A DNA stretch of 63,473 bases, counting the filler, from Hausera hauseri (lineage: Eukaryota): the NCBI GenBank assembly GCA_046269625.1. It is 12 parts of 12 records of this genome, joined end to end, with 100 filler letters (N's around TTAATTAATTAA, not from the genome) between each part and the next. Parts side by side here need not be neighbours in the genome. Positions count along the whole stretch, not along the records: positions 37,000 to 41,806 come from JBJURY010428474.1; positions 41,907 to 46,860 come from JBJURY010380369.1; positions 46,961 to 52,459 come from JBJURY010241627.1; positions 52,560 to 56,540 come from JBJURY010841524.1; 8 more parts are not named here. The stretch is one strand, 5' to 3'. The notes beneath the pieces are model-generated. The model saw only the letters and a program-made list of their open reading frames with translations. It had not been told where the DNA came from and searched no databases. Made by a program: the position numbers and the translations under genes. Below, in pieces: positions 39,931 to 52,989 of the stretch; the first letter of the stretch is position 1; the number at the start of each line of letters is the position of its first letter.

Positions 39931-41622
39931 ATTAAATACTTTTGTCAATGCCTGAAAATGATATCTGTTTCCAGAATAGGTTGGAAAGAATATTGGGACA
40001 AAAGCTAAAAGAAGTGCAGAGAATTTTGGAGAATTACAGAGTTAGTTTTCCGCCGTTTATGAATAAAAGCCCAATGGACTTAGAATACGTCATAGATATC
40101 GTAATAAAGCGTATCCTTAGCTCGAATTATTAATCAAAGGCTTCGAGACATACGTAACCGCGTTCAATTACCAGTGTCGGATGCAATCATGTACGCCGAT
40201 AGATGGAGAGTGGGTAAAGCCCAATCATAAAAGTATGGGCCAATATTCTCCAGTAATTCACAATCGTTTTAGATGGATAACAATTTCTCAATGTGCGAAA
40301 GAATAGTAGCAAGACCATCCTGCTTATCCGCATCAGCATATCGCATGGCTATTACAAAACGTGACCCCACGAGCAACGGAAAGAAACTCTCATTGGCCGT
40401 CTGAATATACTTTGTAACAAAATTCGTCATTTGGACCTGTCGAAAGGCGTCGAGATTCCCTTCGGAGAGTTCGGAAAATATATAAATCAGGTAAAAACTT
40501 GTAATTAGTTTAAAAAAGGCATCGCCAAAGCATACCAAACTTTCATTTCCGAACCTACTTGATCGTGTTATATGTTAGAAAGGGAAATGCGACGTTACAT
40601 TTACCACTTTACTCAAATATTTCTTTCTGAAAGATCGATAGAGGAGGGATTTGTCGCCGTATTCAATGTGTCTTACTCCATAAGTAGTCGTTGTGTTCTG
40701 GAAGTGATCGGGGTTCGTTCCATAATTTGCGTTGCGATAAGATGGACGGATCAAGGCTTGATGTAACAATGATTTTTCTTTAAACATGTATTTCGAACTT
40801 TCCTCAAGTTCCAAGGGAGAAAAATGAAAGTGTATATAACATAAAACACTTGGAATTAGTAAGGCAAATTGTACAATATCGGTACAAAATCCTGTCTTAA
40901 AGAACCCATCAGAACTAATTTCAGCGGTAAATTCGTGACGTTGAATTCCGTTCATTTCAAAATTTTCAAGCAATCTTGCAATAGTTTTGAGTTCGGAAGT
41001 ATTGTCCTTGATAACAACGGGTCGATGCAGAATCGGGTACTAAAGTTTGAGACGCAATATATCCGAAATGTCGAATAGCACTCTTCCATTATCAATAAGC
41101 CATGTAAGAATGATGTCTGTCGATAACAGTTTAACGCCTTTCTTTGACGGTGGTCTCTCAAATCTCGGCAATGAGTATATAACTCGACAACTGCATGTGT
41201 TGTTTAAGTTAGGTGGCCACCGTTTCTTATCCGGTAATTCGAGAAGTTCTGTACACGGATAATCGGTAATCGAATCAAGACTACGAACGGTAAAATCGGT
41301 CGGAAAATCCTCTTCCACCAACGTATATAATATGCAATATTGTATCTGACAATCTGGCATGGTAGCATTTTAACGAAGGGTTTATGGATAAATATAGGGA
41401 ATCCTCTAAATGTAAACGATTTATCTTTGTGTTTGGTTAGTGTTGGTGTTTGTGACGGAAAATATGTCAATGGATAGGTTATCAGTTGATAATGATGTAA
41501 TTTTCCACAGTTATTAGAATTCAACTGAAAAATTAAAAAGGGCGTTTCGCCCGGAAAATCATCGTGTAAATGACCGATTTGGTACTTGGATTCACAAGAA
41601 CATGCAGGTCCATCGTTATGCG
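39930..41622 (-). pseudogene. drosha: Drosha fragment (central domain through RNase IIIa), intronless, internally deleted
   Basis: NDGPACSC...HDDFPGE...NNCGKLHHY; SSDGFFKTGFCTDIVQFAL; LLHQALIRPSY..NYGTNPDH; NESLVCFGDA (for NERLEFLGDA); LSEGNLDAFR. Confidence 0.88.
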
Positions 41623-41806
41623 TTACCTGACAAACGGAACAATGAACCTTTGACGCACACGGATTGCATGTCGTATAGTTATTGTGCCAAATACCCTGTG
41701 ATTCGGGATCACGACGGCCACAAAACTGACAAATCACACAATTTTGACATTTCCAACTTCCTTTTGGTACTTCGTTTAGGGGTGGATCCAAACAAAATGT
41801 ATGATA
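41623..41806 (-). pseudogene. KMT2C/D (MLL3/4, Lpt)-like PHD finger fragment
   Basis: LDPPLNEVPKGSWKCQNCVICQFCG...WHNNYTTCNPCASKVHCSVC. Confidence 0.75.
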
Positions 41807-41906
41807 NNNNNNNNNNNNNNNNNNNNNNNNNNNNNNNNNNNNNNNNNNNNTTAATTAATTAANNNNNNNNNNNNNNNNNNNNNNNNNNNNNNNNNNNNNN
41901 NNNNNN

Positions 41907-42672
41907 CTGCACCATGTTTGTGTTGAAATGCACCCGGTCACATGTCTTAATCATCAATATTGGAAATATCGGAAAACCGGTATTATTGATTTTTGCACAC
42001 TTTCACATGTGCTGTGCACCTTCACCGGACATATCAAGGTGCATCTCGATGTGCTCTATCTACCTGAACTTGACCCCAATTGATTCCATCAATCCTACGC
42101 TGCAGTGACAAATGTGAAAAGTTAAAAAGTGCCTTAGCAACCATATCCAAGAGCACCCTTGACTCGAATATTTCACTGAATGATAGTACATCAAGTGCTA
42201 TACCCGCCGGTATATGTGCCATATTGGTATTATTGATTTTCATTTTATAGTGGAAATGCCTATGTATGTTCTCACTCAGCTGGCAATTATTCGAAAACCA
42301 AAAAATATATTCGATTGGACCCGGTGCAATGTCCTTATCATCAATATTAAAATTATCGGAAATCCGATATTATTGATTTTTGCACACTTTCACATGTGCT
42401 GCGCACCTGCATTATGCACCAATCGATGTGCACTAATGTGCACTATCGATTAGCACATTGTCCCGATCGATTCGATCATTTGTGCAATGTGCAGCTATCG
42501 ATTTGTGAAATGTGCAAAATTGTGCATAGCAACAGTGCCTAACAGCACCGTCGCCTAGCACACTACTGATCGATAGTACACCATGTGCGTTATCGATTCC
42601 ACATGGGCAAAATTGATTTATCGATAACCCCCCGACCCGGAGGTGATGCAGAACATACATTTTCACCCTACT
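41907..42672 (-). repeat. AGTAGG-initiated terminus with internal direct repeats (Maverick-like TIR)
   Basis: Ends CCCTACT at 42672. About 90-bp direct repeat at 41932 and 42319; many ATCGAT and GTGCAC palindromes; homologous to 16423-16640. Confidence 0.55.
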
Positions 42673-43317
42673 ATGGTTCGAATCGTTTCTTTGTTCATTT
42701 TCAAAGTCTCGTTCATCATTTTCGATTATTTGCCATGAAATTGCACACTTGAATCATTTCAGGTGTTCTAAATGAACTTGACCTCCACATGTGTTTATCG
42801 TCTCTAGCGATTTCGTCGTTAGAGTTACAGTAAAACATTTGATCTAATTAAAAAATCACCGTAAACTTGTTGCATTAGTTGGAACGTTTGCGTTAAATTT
42901 TGCATTAAATCTAATTAACGTCTTTGTTCTAGTTTAAAATGTCAACATCAAACACGCGTGACTATCTTTAAACTATCATGCCTTTGATGTTCTCTATATT
43001 GTGACTTATGTTAAAATTCATCAACAAAGATAATGGCTTTGACAATACTGTGTACTATATACTATACTATAACATACATAAAAATAATTAAAAATATAAA
43101 ATAGATTATCACGTGTTAGATCATGCAGATGTCACAACATTGCGATATACACTTAATTTTTTAAATTTTTATTGACTGATTTTAACCTAAGTCAACAATA
43201 CGGACTGAGTTGAAATGTCTGCGGCTTGTAAAAATTGTTGTGATCGAAACATTGTGACTATATACAATTTACAGTATGATTTGACATACATTTCAATGAA
43301 TCTTTTGACTATTTACA

Positions 43318-44586
43318 CACAGCAACAAATTTTTAGTTGTCCTTTTGAAAGTGCTTCTTTAGTAAATAAAACCCTCTGGATCTAAATATGCCATCAGTTT
43401 TTCCCTACCTTCAACCGTTTTTTTGAAAAAAAAGATTTTTTGTTTATATTTAGTATAGATTTGTGTGTAGATTTATCATAGATAAACACGTGATTTTAAA
43501 TATAGCTTTATCTAGACTTTGTAAGCAGTCAGCAGATGAATTTTGTTATATTTGCGGTTTCTACATATGTTTAAAACAGCCGAAACATCAATTATCTCGT
43601 GGTACTAAACTCTGGACACCATATGCTGCTTATTTTTGTATATGAACATTGGTGACCAAGATAAGAAATCGGCACCTCATGTATCCTGTGTTACTTGCAG
43701 ATCAGCTTTAGAGAGATGGTTAAAATGAGTTAGAAAAGCGTGCCATTTGCCATCTCACAAATGATGTCAATGACTTCTATTTTATATGGTGGACATCTCT
43801 AAATACAAGAAAACTACAGACAGGGCAAAACTTGCATATCATGATAAACCATCATCTATTGCACCAACTCCTCATAGTTATCAGTTGCTTGTTCCAATTC
43901 TACCAGTTTACTCATAAATGTCAGACAAAGATATCTCAACAGATGATGATGATGATTACGAGTGGAATCCTGTCTTGCTCATGGACTTGTGTTTGTTTAA
44001 ATCTGGTGCAGAATTGCTTACATCCAGGTTGAACGAGTGGAATTTGTTGGATTCATCATGCAGAATATCCGAGTACATAAAGAGACACCAATCATTTGCT
44101 AAATATTTTGAAGTTGCCAAAAACTTATGGTTCTGCTCAGATGTAGATGGTCTCTGGAGAAATTGGCTTCACACATTTACCAGCAGAATGGAGATTGCTT
44201 ATGGACAGTTCAAGGAGAAGCAGCAAAGGTGTTCTTTTACATAATGGGAATGAATATTCATCTGTACAAGTAACTCAATCAACACATTTGAAAGAAGGTT
44301 ATGAAATGTGAAACTTATGCTTGAAAAAATGAACTACAGCAAGTATCAATGGGAGGTCTGAGAAGACTTAAAAATGATTGGATTTCTTCTTGGTTTGCAA
44401 GGCGGATACATGAAATAGTCGGGTCTTTTATGTTTGTGGGAGAGCAGAGCCTCGAATCGACATCACAATACTCGTGACTGGACTGCTCGTCCTGATTTAA
44501 CTGTTGGTCAGTACAAATTCCGAAATGAGAGGTTGATTGCTCCAACAAAAGTTCTGCTACCACCCTATCATATAAAGTTTGGTCTT
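43318..44586 (+). mobile_element. Chapaev3-like transposase remnant
   Basis: FCYICG..GDQDKKSAPH..C..C; AELLTSRLNEWNLL; LLGLQGGY; CLWESRA; KVLLPPYHIKFGL. Confidence 0.8.
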
Positions 44587-45010
44587 GTTATAGTTATAAA
44601 TATAGATTGTAAGGGTTTTAGGAATTATAAAGAAAGAGCAATGACTGAGACAATTATTATAAAATCAGAGAAATCTAATTTAAATATTCAGAACAAATCG
44701 GCCCAGTTCCTCAAATTATTTCAATAAATATAGTAAATGTAATTATAGTAAATTTAATAAAAAAATTAAAATTTTATATGAAAATATAATTTGTTTTATA
44801 AATTCCATTTTCAGCAATAATTAGTTTGTTGCAATTCTGTATACATTTGAGGTTTGCCGTTTTACACATAAGCAGTTTATATTTTTGATTTAGAGCCTGA
44901 TGACGGAGAGCGACTATCCGAAATATATAGCAAATAAATACATTTTGAAATGGTGTTACAATTTGTTTATATATAAATATAAGGAATTACAAATATCACC
45001 AATGTGAAAA
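44587..45010 (+). mobile_element. Penelope-like element 3' end (GIY-YIG tail plus pseudo-LTR)
   Basis: YKERAMTETIIIKSEKSNLNIQNKSAQFLKLF*, followed by a hammerhead motif. Confidence 0.75.
44888..44936 (+). ncRNA. Minimal type I hammerhead ribozyme
   Basis: GC-CUGAUGA-C-GGAGAG(CGA)CUAUCC-GAAA-UAUA-UA-GC. Core intact, palindromic stem III, predicted cleavage after AUA. Confidence 0.75.
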
Positions 45011-45849
45011 TCCTTCTATTCCGTTCAGCAATAATTATATTTATACTAAAAAATAAATTGAAGTAATTCTAATTTTCATATATCTCAAACAACATTCAAT
45101 ATTAACAAAAAGCAAACGAAAATTTTCCAATTATCAAAATGCCTGCCAAGTCAAACGACTCATTAAGAATTAAACGGCCTGCTCAACTAAAATGGTCAAA
45201 GTGATAAATTGACGTTGCGTATAATGATTTCGACTATTTTTCTTGTTATTTTATTTTATTGATTTTACTTGTATATTATCAGAAAATCTTTTTTCGAAGT
45301 GGGAAAGGAGAGCTTCTTTGAGGAATGAACTTATTATGAAACTACAAAATTTTCTGATGAATATATATGTATGCATGTACTATTGTTTACTTCAATTCAA
45401 ATGCGGAGATACTACTGTAATAATTTCGGTTTGTGTGAATCCAATTTCTGATACCGTTGTGATTGTTTTCGTTTGTTGGCTCCGCTTTCGTGCACACATC
45501 GGGAATAAAAAGTGTTCGGATTGAAAAATTCGAAGTCATCGAAGACGAAAAACTTTGAAATAGTCGAAGCAGAAAAACTTTTATTTATTTAAACAAATTT
45601 AAAATGTTGCCATGTTTTTTGGTTGATTTTTTTAAATTGCTCTCACGGCAATTACTCTGTTTCTCCACACATTATTCCTGTTTGCCGTATAATTTATAAT
45701 ATACATAAAAATAAGAATTTACTGATGTTATAAATATTTAATTACGTATTTGTGAAATTTAAAACATCCAATGTCAATGAAAAATTGCCTGAAATTCCAT
45801 TTGTTTTAGGCACAACATAGCCCCTTGTGAAAAGTTGACAAATTATATT

Positions 45850-46860
45850 TAGCAGCTGTTTTGACGAATTTGACCAAAAAACTGAATACTAAGTTTTGGT
45901 CGTCCTGATTCTACCAGCGGGATACTGTACCTGACTATATGGTACTTTTTGCTTGCTTTTATAGTGACAGCTGGTAGCTCGTTTGAAGAGTTTGTGGAAG
46001 GTAGCGTATTTTGAGAAGTTTGTGTTTGCGCATTTCCTGCTGCATTTGTGCAGTCATGAGTGTGAATGTTCGGTAGAAAAGGAGACATTGTTTCGTTATT
46101 TGGACAACTATAGGGCTGGAGACTTTCTCAACTGTTTCTTTTACGTGAGGCATTGGATAGTGATTAGGTTGTCTATTATTTTGAATTAATACTTGTTTTG
46201 GGGAGTCTGGTGGAGGTAAGTTAAATAAATTGTGTAACAAATATTTATTATCAGGGGTTTTATTTTCATTAGTCGTTTTTTCTGCGTCGTCTGTGATAAA
46301 AAGGCTGGTTTCACATTTGAGACGTGAATGACTACTTCCTTTTCGTCGCGAAGTATTTTAGCGCTATGCGAATGCAATTCGATCAGTTTGTATGGCCCAA
46401 TATATACCGGTTGAAAAGCGTGCTGCGATGGGTTACGCACTCAGACGAACTTTGCTTCATACAGTTTCTTTGGTAGAAATGTCTTTTCTTGGTTTAGCAC
46501 TGTGCAAAATTTGTCATTATCCAGGTCAATGAAATGTTGTATTGCTGCGTTAATATTCTGGTCCGTATGTGTTCCTTCACTTTTCGCAACGTCAGAAAGT
46601 GCCCTGATAGATGTTTCAAACAAAGCTTGTGCTGGGGAACAGTCAGTTGATGTTGATGGATATTTCTCCAACCTAAGAGAATTAATGGGAGAATTGACAG
46701 CCAGTTTGGATTGGTTTTGGCGAAGATTTTTAACGATACCTTCAGCGTTTTGTGGAAACGTTCGATTAAACCGTTTGATTGACGGTGGTAAGGTGACGTA
46801 TGAACGTGTGTGATTCCTAACGTGTTTACTAAAGCTTTGAAGAAAGCTGACTCAAACTGG
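45850..46860 (-). mobile_element. Gypsy integrase C-terminus and 3' region
   Basis: CSPAQALF, QPVYIGPYKLI (GPY/F motif), IHVSNVKPA. Confidence 0.8.
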
Positions 46861-47639
46861 NNNNNNNNNNNNNNNNNNNNNNNNNNNNNNNNNNNNNNNN
46901 NNNNTTAATTAATTAANNNNNNNNNNNNNNNNNNNNNNNNNNNNNNNNNNNNNNNNNNNNATTCGAAAACAATCCTCCTCTAAACAATCCATCTATCACA
47001 GAGTACGAATTCATGTGACAACAGACTATTTGTCCCAGCAAAAAAGCATTCTCGTAACCTATCAGCGATTCGTGACATCTCAAATGTCATGGGCAAACTC
47101 AAAAACTAAATCTTTTCTAACTGTTGCAATTGTTGTACTTTTCAATTACGTTACGGATTTTATCTTTCAGTGGTTTTTGTCCATTCATATATTATCATAT
47201 ATACATTATCAATCGTTATAAATTTTCTATTTTTATCGCTCGAAACTTACGGTAAATTTCATTCACATTTATTTCACTACTTTAAAATTGTGTTCTTTAT
47301 GTTCTGTTTTAATTTTACACGTCAATCTCTTAAAGGCTGTTGTAATGCTAATCAATATGTTACTTATTATTCTTGGTGGATTTAAATTTATTGTTCATAC
47401 AAAAATATTTAATGGATTAGGTAATAGCAGATACCTGACACATGGAGTTGTGAAATTTGTTGTTGTTTTATACAAAAAGTGTAATTTTAAATTTAATTTT
47501 ATTTTACCTTTTGTTTTCATTTTGTATAGTTTATTTACTTTTTGTAATTTAATGCAAATAAATTGATTTTAAAGACAATTTTTAGCTGACATTTTGTTTT
47601 TTGTATCGCATGTTTTAGATTTGTAAATAATAAATGTGT

Positions 47640-48627
47640 CAGAAGTGGGATGTACATACTTCCGATGGAGGAAAAAGATAAAATAATGACAATTCCTAGT
47701 GATAATCCTGAATGGCGTGGATTGCTGTCGAAAATTGTCTCAAAAGCCATTCAACGCTCACCGATTATTGACATTCGTCATGTACATCTCCAACATGGAA
47801 TTAATCATTATCGTCAATTGTTGCGTCGACAATTAGCAGAAGTATTGTTGCGTGTAGTTTATCAATTAAATTATGCGTTCTATGCAGTTGACAGTGAACG
47901 CCAATCGACACCAGCAAACAGGACACCAAGTTCTGCGGTGATGTGGTGACAACCAGCTCGTTATTCAAGTGATCGTTTCTCTCCCTGCGAACATCATTAA
48001 GAAGTTATCTTGATGCTACTCATTAGTGAATATCTAGTAAATCAAGAAACGGTTCTTAATTGGTCTGCCGAATTGGCCGATGCACGCATTTCGACATTGT
48101 CCAATTCACAGGCAGTTTATGATCTTCTACCAATTGCATTATCTCGGCGATCATGCTTCCCATATTTATCACAATTGCTGCAACATGCCCAACGGTTTTC
48201 CTATCAAGAATTCCACATGTAGTACCAATTGGCGTTGTCATTGGCCAGCAGTACGCAGTTCTATCGGGCATATCTTGTACATAGAGAATGTCAGAGCATT
48301 GACGAAAATAAACCAATGGTCTTCTTACTAGGTGCCCGACTTTGTTTAGAACGTCTTTGGAAAATTGATGAAGGTTCACAAATGGCTGATAGAGCACTTG
48401 AACTTTATAAACAAGTTGGCAGTGCATATATGTTGGCAAGTAGTCCGTTCTTGGTCGGTCGTGGGTTTTCGTTACTTGCGTCTCGATGTCGGGTCGTCGA
48501 GAATCGCCGGTTGTTCCAACAACGTGCAATCCAAGAATTCCCAGCTGCTGCAGAAGATGATCAGAATGATACGATTTGTTGATACCATTTGGCACTTGAG
48601 CAGGCGTTCGCTCGGCAATTATCGGAT
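47640..48627 (+). pseudogene. TTC7: TTC7-like TPR protein fragment, intronless
   Basis: RQLAEVLLR; EVILMLLISEYLVNQETVL; AVYDLLPIALSRR; RFSYQEFHM*YQLALSL; LLGARLC; YHLALEQAFARQL. Confidence 0.85.
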
Positions 48628-49218
48628 AAAATAATCGAGCATTTGAAAGATCTATCATCACTGGACACTTCTCTACCATCAATTCCGGCAACACTGTCCG
48701 AATTCAGTAGTAAGCTTACTGATCATACAATCAAAATGTTAAAAAATCGTCACACCTTTGTTCACACGTATTTCAGCAAACTGGTTAAATGCGATTATTA
48801 TATGAGTCACGTGTTGCGCGTACGTTTACAGGGCATTAAATGTCAGGAATGTGGGTTTTCTTGTCATCATTTGTGTATGAAAATGGTTATTGAAAACGAA
48901 TGTTACGATTTACTAGAAGTACGCTGCCGAGAATTCGAATCGATTCCTCGAAAGAGTCTACCGCAATTGCAAACATGTAAGAAACGCGATACGAACGAGG
49001 GCAACGTCGCGTTATGCAGTCAAGGCTTTTCCAATATCACTTTGTCATCGTTACCACTAGACAGATATCCGTTAATAAAATCCGAGTTCCCCTGTCTAAC
49101 CAATGTCCACTCGTCGGTCAGTCGAGCCGCTTCCGTCTTTGATCTCGCCGTCGTTGGTGGCCGAAGGACACAAATTGTGCAAGGTAATATTTTTCCGTTA
49201 CATTTTGCAGAAATGTAA
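48628..49218 (+). pseudogene. C1 (DAG/phorbol-type zinc) domain fragment fused in frame to the TTC7 piece
   Basis: HTFVHTYFSKLVKCDYY...QGIKCQECGFSCHHLCMKMVIENEC. Confidence 0.75.
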
Positions 49219-49339
49219 TCCTTTCGCCCCTTACAAACTTTTGTTTCATAATTCCATGGCAGAGCCAAAATAAAGATGAATTGTACGCAACTGCCCAAAA
49301 TAATTTTAAACGTTTGTTGGAAGTAGCTTTATCGAGTTA

Positions 49340-49590
49340 AATCAATATCTGACAGCCGTTAGATGATCCGGAAATTTTACAGAAGCTACATGAAATAACA
49401 AATACGATCAATGAACCCATAAATAATTGCTATCTGGTTACTCAGGTTATGCGTGATTGCTCTAATGGCAATTACGAATCTATGAAGGAATATACAATCC
49501 GTGGCTGTGACGTAAATGAAGTAGGACATGATGGCGAAACTGCTCGCGTGTGTGCAACTAACACAAACAGTTATAAACTTTACTTGAATC
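49340..49590 (+). pseudogene. Ankyrin-repeat fragment (Mask/ANKHD1-like)
   Basis: DPEILQKL...MRDCSNGNYESMKEYTIRGCDVNEVGHDGETARVCA. Confidence 0.5.
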
Positions 49591-49889
49591 GTATTAAATC
49601 TTGTATTTCTATGAATGACAAAGTCCGTGCCGTTAGATTTCATCCGAAAAATCTTCACTTAAAATTCGGTGAAATAGTAATGCAGGCACCATTAACCGGA
49701 TTGTGTTATTAATTCCGACAACAAACCTTTTCAAATCGCTCTTGGTGCACCGGGACATGAAATTATCATCAATAACGTTTCTATCCATGGCGACATTTGT
49801 AATTTGTTCATAAACAATGAAATCATTTCAGTTCAGTTTATTTTAAAAGATAAGTTATTTGTCCAAATAATTCTCGAAATTCCTTCGCA

Positions 49890-52459
49890 TATATGTATAT
49901 GGGCAGCTGTTGGAAGATTCGGGCTTCCAGTGTATTTGAGATTACACCCATTGACCCCTATGCGCTCATTTCAATCGTTTCACAATCGAATATTACCACT
50001 ACAAAACGTGCAACACCAATTAAACAAGCGGACGTATTTACCGAATGTAAGCTATAGAAAGTCAATAAAAACGGAATACGAAGATAACATTCCGGTATTG
50101 CGCGGTTTGAGAGGAAACTCGGCCACTGCATTTTCGTGCCCGCCCGCCGGGGCGAAAGTCCCGACCGTCAACCCTGCGCCGGTCGGTCGGACGGCGCCTT
50201 TCAAGTCGGCCCCACACCACGCCCCCAGGCGCACCACGTTTTCCCCTTCTATTTTCTTTTTTTTAACAATACACATATTCACACCCTCAATGCATCACAT
50301 CCACACATTCCAACCCTTCGTACCTCAATTTCTTTTTTATTCAATTCTTCCTATTTTTATTTCACAAATAACGGCGATATCATATCTCTCAACGGAACCC
50401 TACCATCTTTCTCAAGCCACATTTACCTCCACATACATCTCCTGATTCGTGGTGGCATGAACTCTTCGCCAACCATTGACACCACGAATAAAACCACCAC
50501 GAAACAAATACCTGTTATATTGCTCCAAAAACCCACTCCTAACCCTGCTAGCAACTTCCCATCCATTACCTCTTCCGCTTCTTTCCCTAATTGCACCGAG
50601 TTTTTAATCGACAACCAAGGCTCTAGCAATACTTGGTTTCAATTCCATCAGCTTTGGCTACAGGCAAATAACTTCACTGACTCTTTATCTAGAGCACATA
50701 ATCTTCTTTTCATACTGCCTAATAGCATCAAAACCCGTATTCACAACATCATCGAAATCGCTCAACTTCCAGATCCATATTCCCAACTTTCTAGCACAGT
50801 TCTTAAGGTCATCGAATTTTCCATGGACACGATTATGCAAAGTTTCTTCCATGACAACGTGATAGGCACCCAACAGCCGTCAGAATTCTTACGTACATCC
50901 TTAGCGCATCTACATACTCTCGGCGTCACCAAGGAACACAATCCAGAACTACTGCGACACTATTTCCTCAATGCAATACCTATCCAAATCCGGGCCCTAC
51001 TTACCGTGGTGAGGGACTCTACACCGCTTGAGAAATTGGCCGAATTAGCCGATAGGACACACGATGTCCTACAAATAAATTCTCCACCAGATGTTTCAGC
51101 AGCAGTTGCCGCTAACGATAATACATCCATAAAACAACAGCTCAATCAGCAACGTGCTGAAAATATTGCACTTCAGGCAACGATCAACAATATCAATAAT
51201 AAATTAAACGAATTGTCTCTGTTTCGCCGAGGGGGTTTTGCCGCTGACCGCGTTCGTTCTGCTTCTAGAAACCGCTCACCATCATCTGCGCGTTCGTCGA
51301 TCTGCTATTACCACAGCAGATTCAACACTAATGTTTAGAAGTGCTGCCTAGGGTGAAAATTTTATAACAAGAATTTTTCCTTGTACGCCGTTGTTTGCAT
51401 TTACCATGCAAGGTTCAAAAACCAAGCTCGTAAATGTATTTTAGGATGCACTTTCAAATCAAACACGAACGACGAACGTACTGCCTTTCCTTCTAATAGT
51501 CGTCCTAATTCACCCTTTCAAAAAACTAAGTTCGCCGCCAGAAGTCACGGCAAACTCTGGCAAAGGAATTACTCCACTTTCTGAACGCCGACACGTCTCT
51601 TTTGCTGCTTTACAATAAAGGCTGCAATTACTGCTCCTACAACACAATCTGTTGACTTCCTCATCGATACAGGTGCAGCGATTTCTTTATTACCGCAAAC
51701 CTTTCCTGTACAAAACTCTCCATTCAAACTTAAGCTCTTATACACTGCTGAAGGTCAACCGCTGCACATTTCTGGCATGGCTAAATTATCTTTCACTTTA
51801 CAAAACTTTTTTTCACACTTTCACTGGACGTTCACAGTCGCTAACGCCCAAACGGCAATCCTAGGATCCGACTTTATCTCATTACAATTTACTGTTTGGC
51901 TGCAATCAGCGATATTTGAGGAACGGCACCACTAGCGACATTTCTGGATATGTAAATAGCATTTCGACTACCGCGCAGTCGACCGGAATGCGGAAGTCAA
52001 TGTTAAAAAGTCAATGAATAATTCGATTTTTATAACAATAATTTCATTCAAAAATTTTTACATAATAATATTAATATACGATCGAGGTTCGATGTCGATA
52101 ATTGTAGTACTGCCATTAATGTTAACTCATTCGACAAAAATACTTCATCCAACACCATTTTAAATTCAACCATCTTTTACCAAATACCACTTGACTGCAC
52201 ATCATCAAACAACTCACACATTGCATCCGCTACTACTCAAGCCGTTTCTCCACTTTCACCGAATCTCTAACAGTTACCTACAATTTTACAACAGTTCGTC
52301 AACACATGATGTCCACGCGTACTTAAAAAAGACCGTACCTTTACTCCCACAAACAGCACTTTACACCACATAGTCACACAGAACCAACGTCCAATACGCC
52401 AAAAAGTACGGCCTCTGTCACCTCGCCGTAGACAAGCCGTAGAAGCCGAATTTCTTGAG
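49890..52459 (+). mobile_element. Gypsy LTR element, same family as 37000-39930: Ubl-gag, protease, RT start
   Basis: Open frame 50136-51338 with DPYSQLSSTVLK..QQPSEFLR..ICYYHSRF; FLIDTGAAISLLP; RQKVRPLSPRRRQAVEAEF. Confidence 0.88.
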
Positions 52460-52989
52460 NNNNNNNNNNNNNNNNNNNNNNNNNNNNNNNNNNNNNNNNN
52501 NNNTTAATTAATTAANNNNNNNNNNNNNNNNNNNNNNNNNNNNNNNNNNNNNNNNNNNNACCGCAATGTAGCTTGAACGCACACACAATAAAAACAAATA
52601 CATAGCAAAATTATATATTTATGTGTGGTTAAATACGGTAAATCAACTTTTTCATTACAATTCAAAGCAAAGCAGTAAATACAAGTCCAATGAGGACTAT
52701 CAATTCAACGTATTCTTGCCTGCTCATTATTCTCATTTCCGACAGCTCACATAGGTACTGAACATCAAACACATGGCCACTCAAAATGTCATCGGTCAAT
52801 CTCTGAATCTCGCTTTCTAAGTACCCTTCCATACGTTTGTTTACTTACTGTGACATTGAGTGCTAAGAGTGACAAATATTTATAGTATCCCTTAGATCAA
52901 CACCCCCACCCCACCACAGAAGTAGTGCTTTATTCTAATAATTTTATATATATTGCATTGTACGCTTACTTTAATTTGTTTCTCATTCA

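Noticed and set aside
46961-47530. Minus-strand coding-like relic
   Set aside because: Stops in all frames and no identifiable family.
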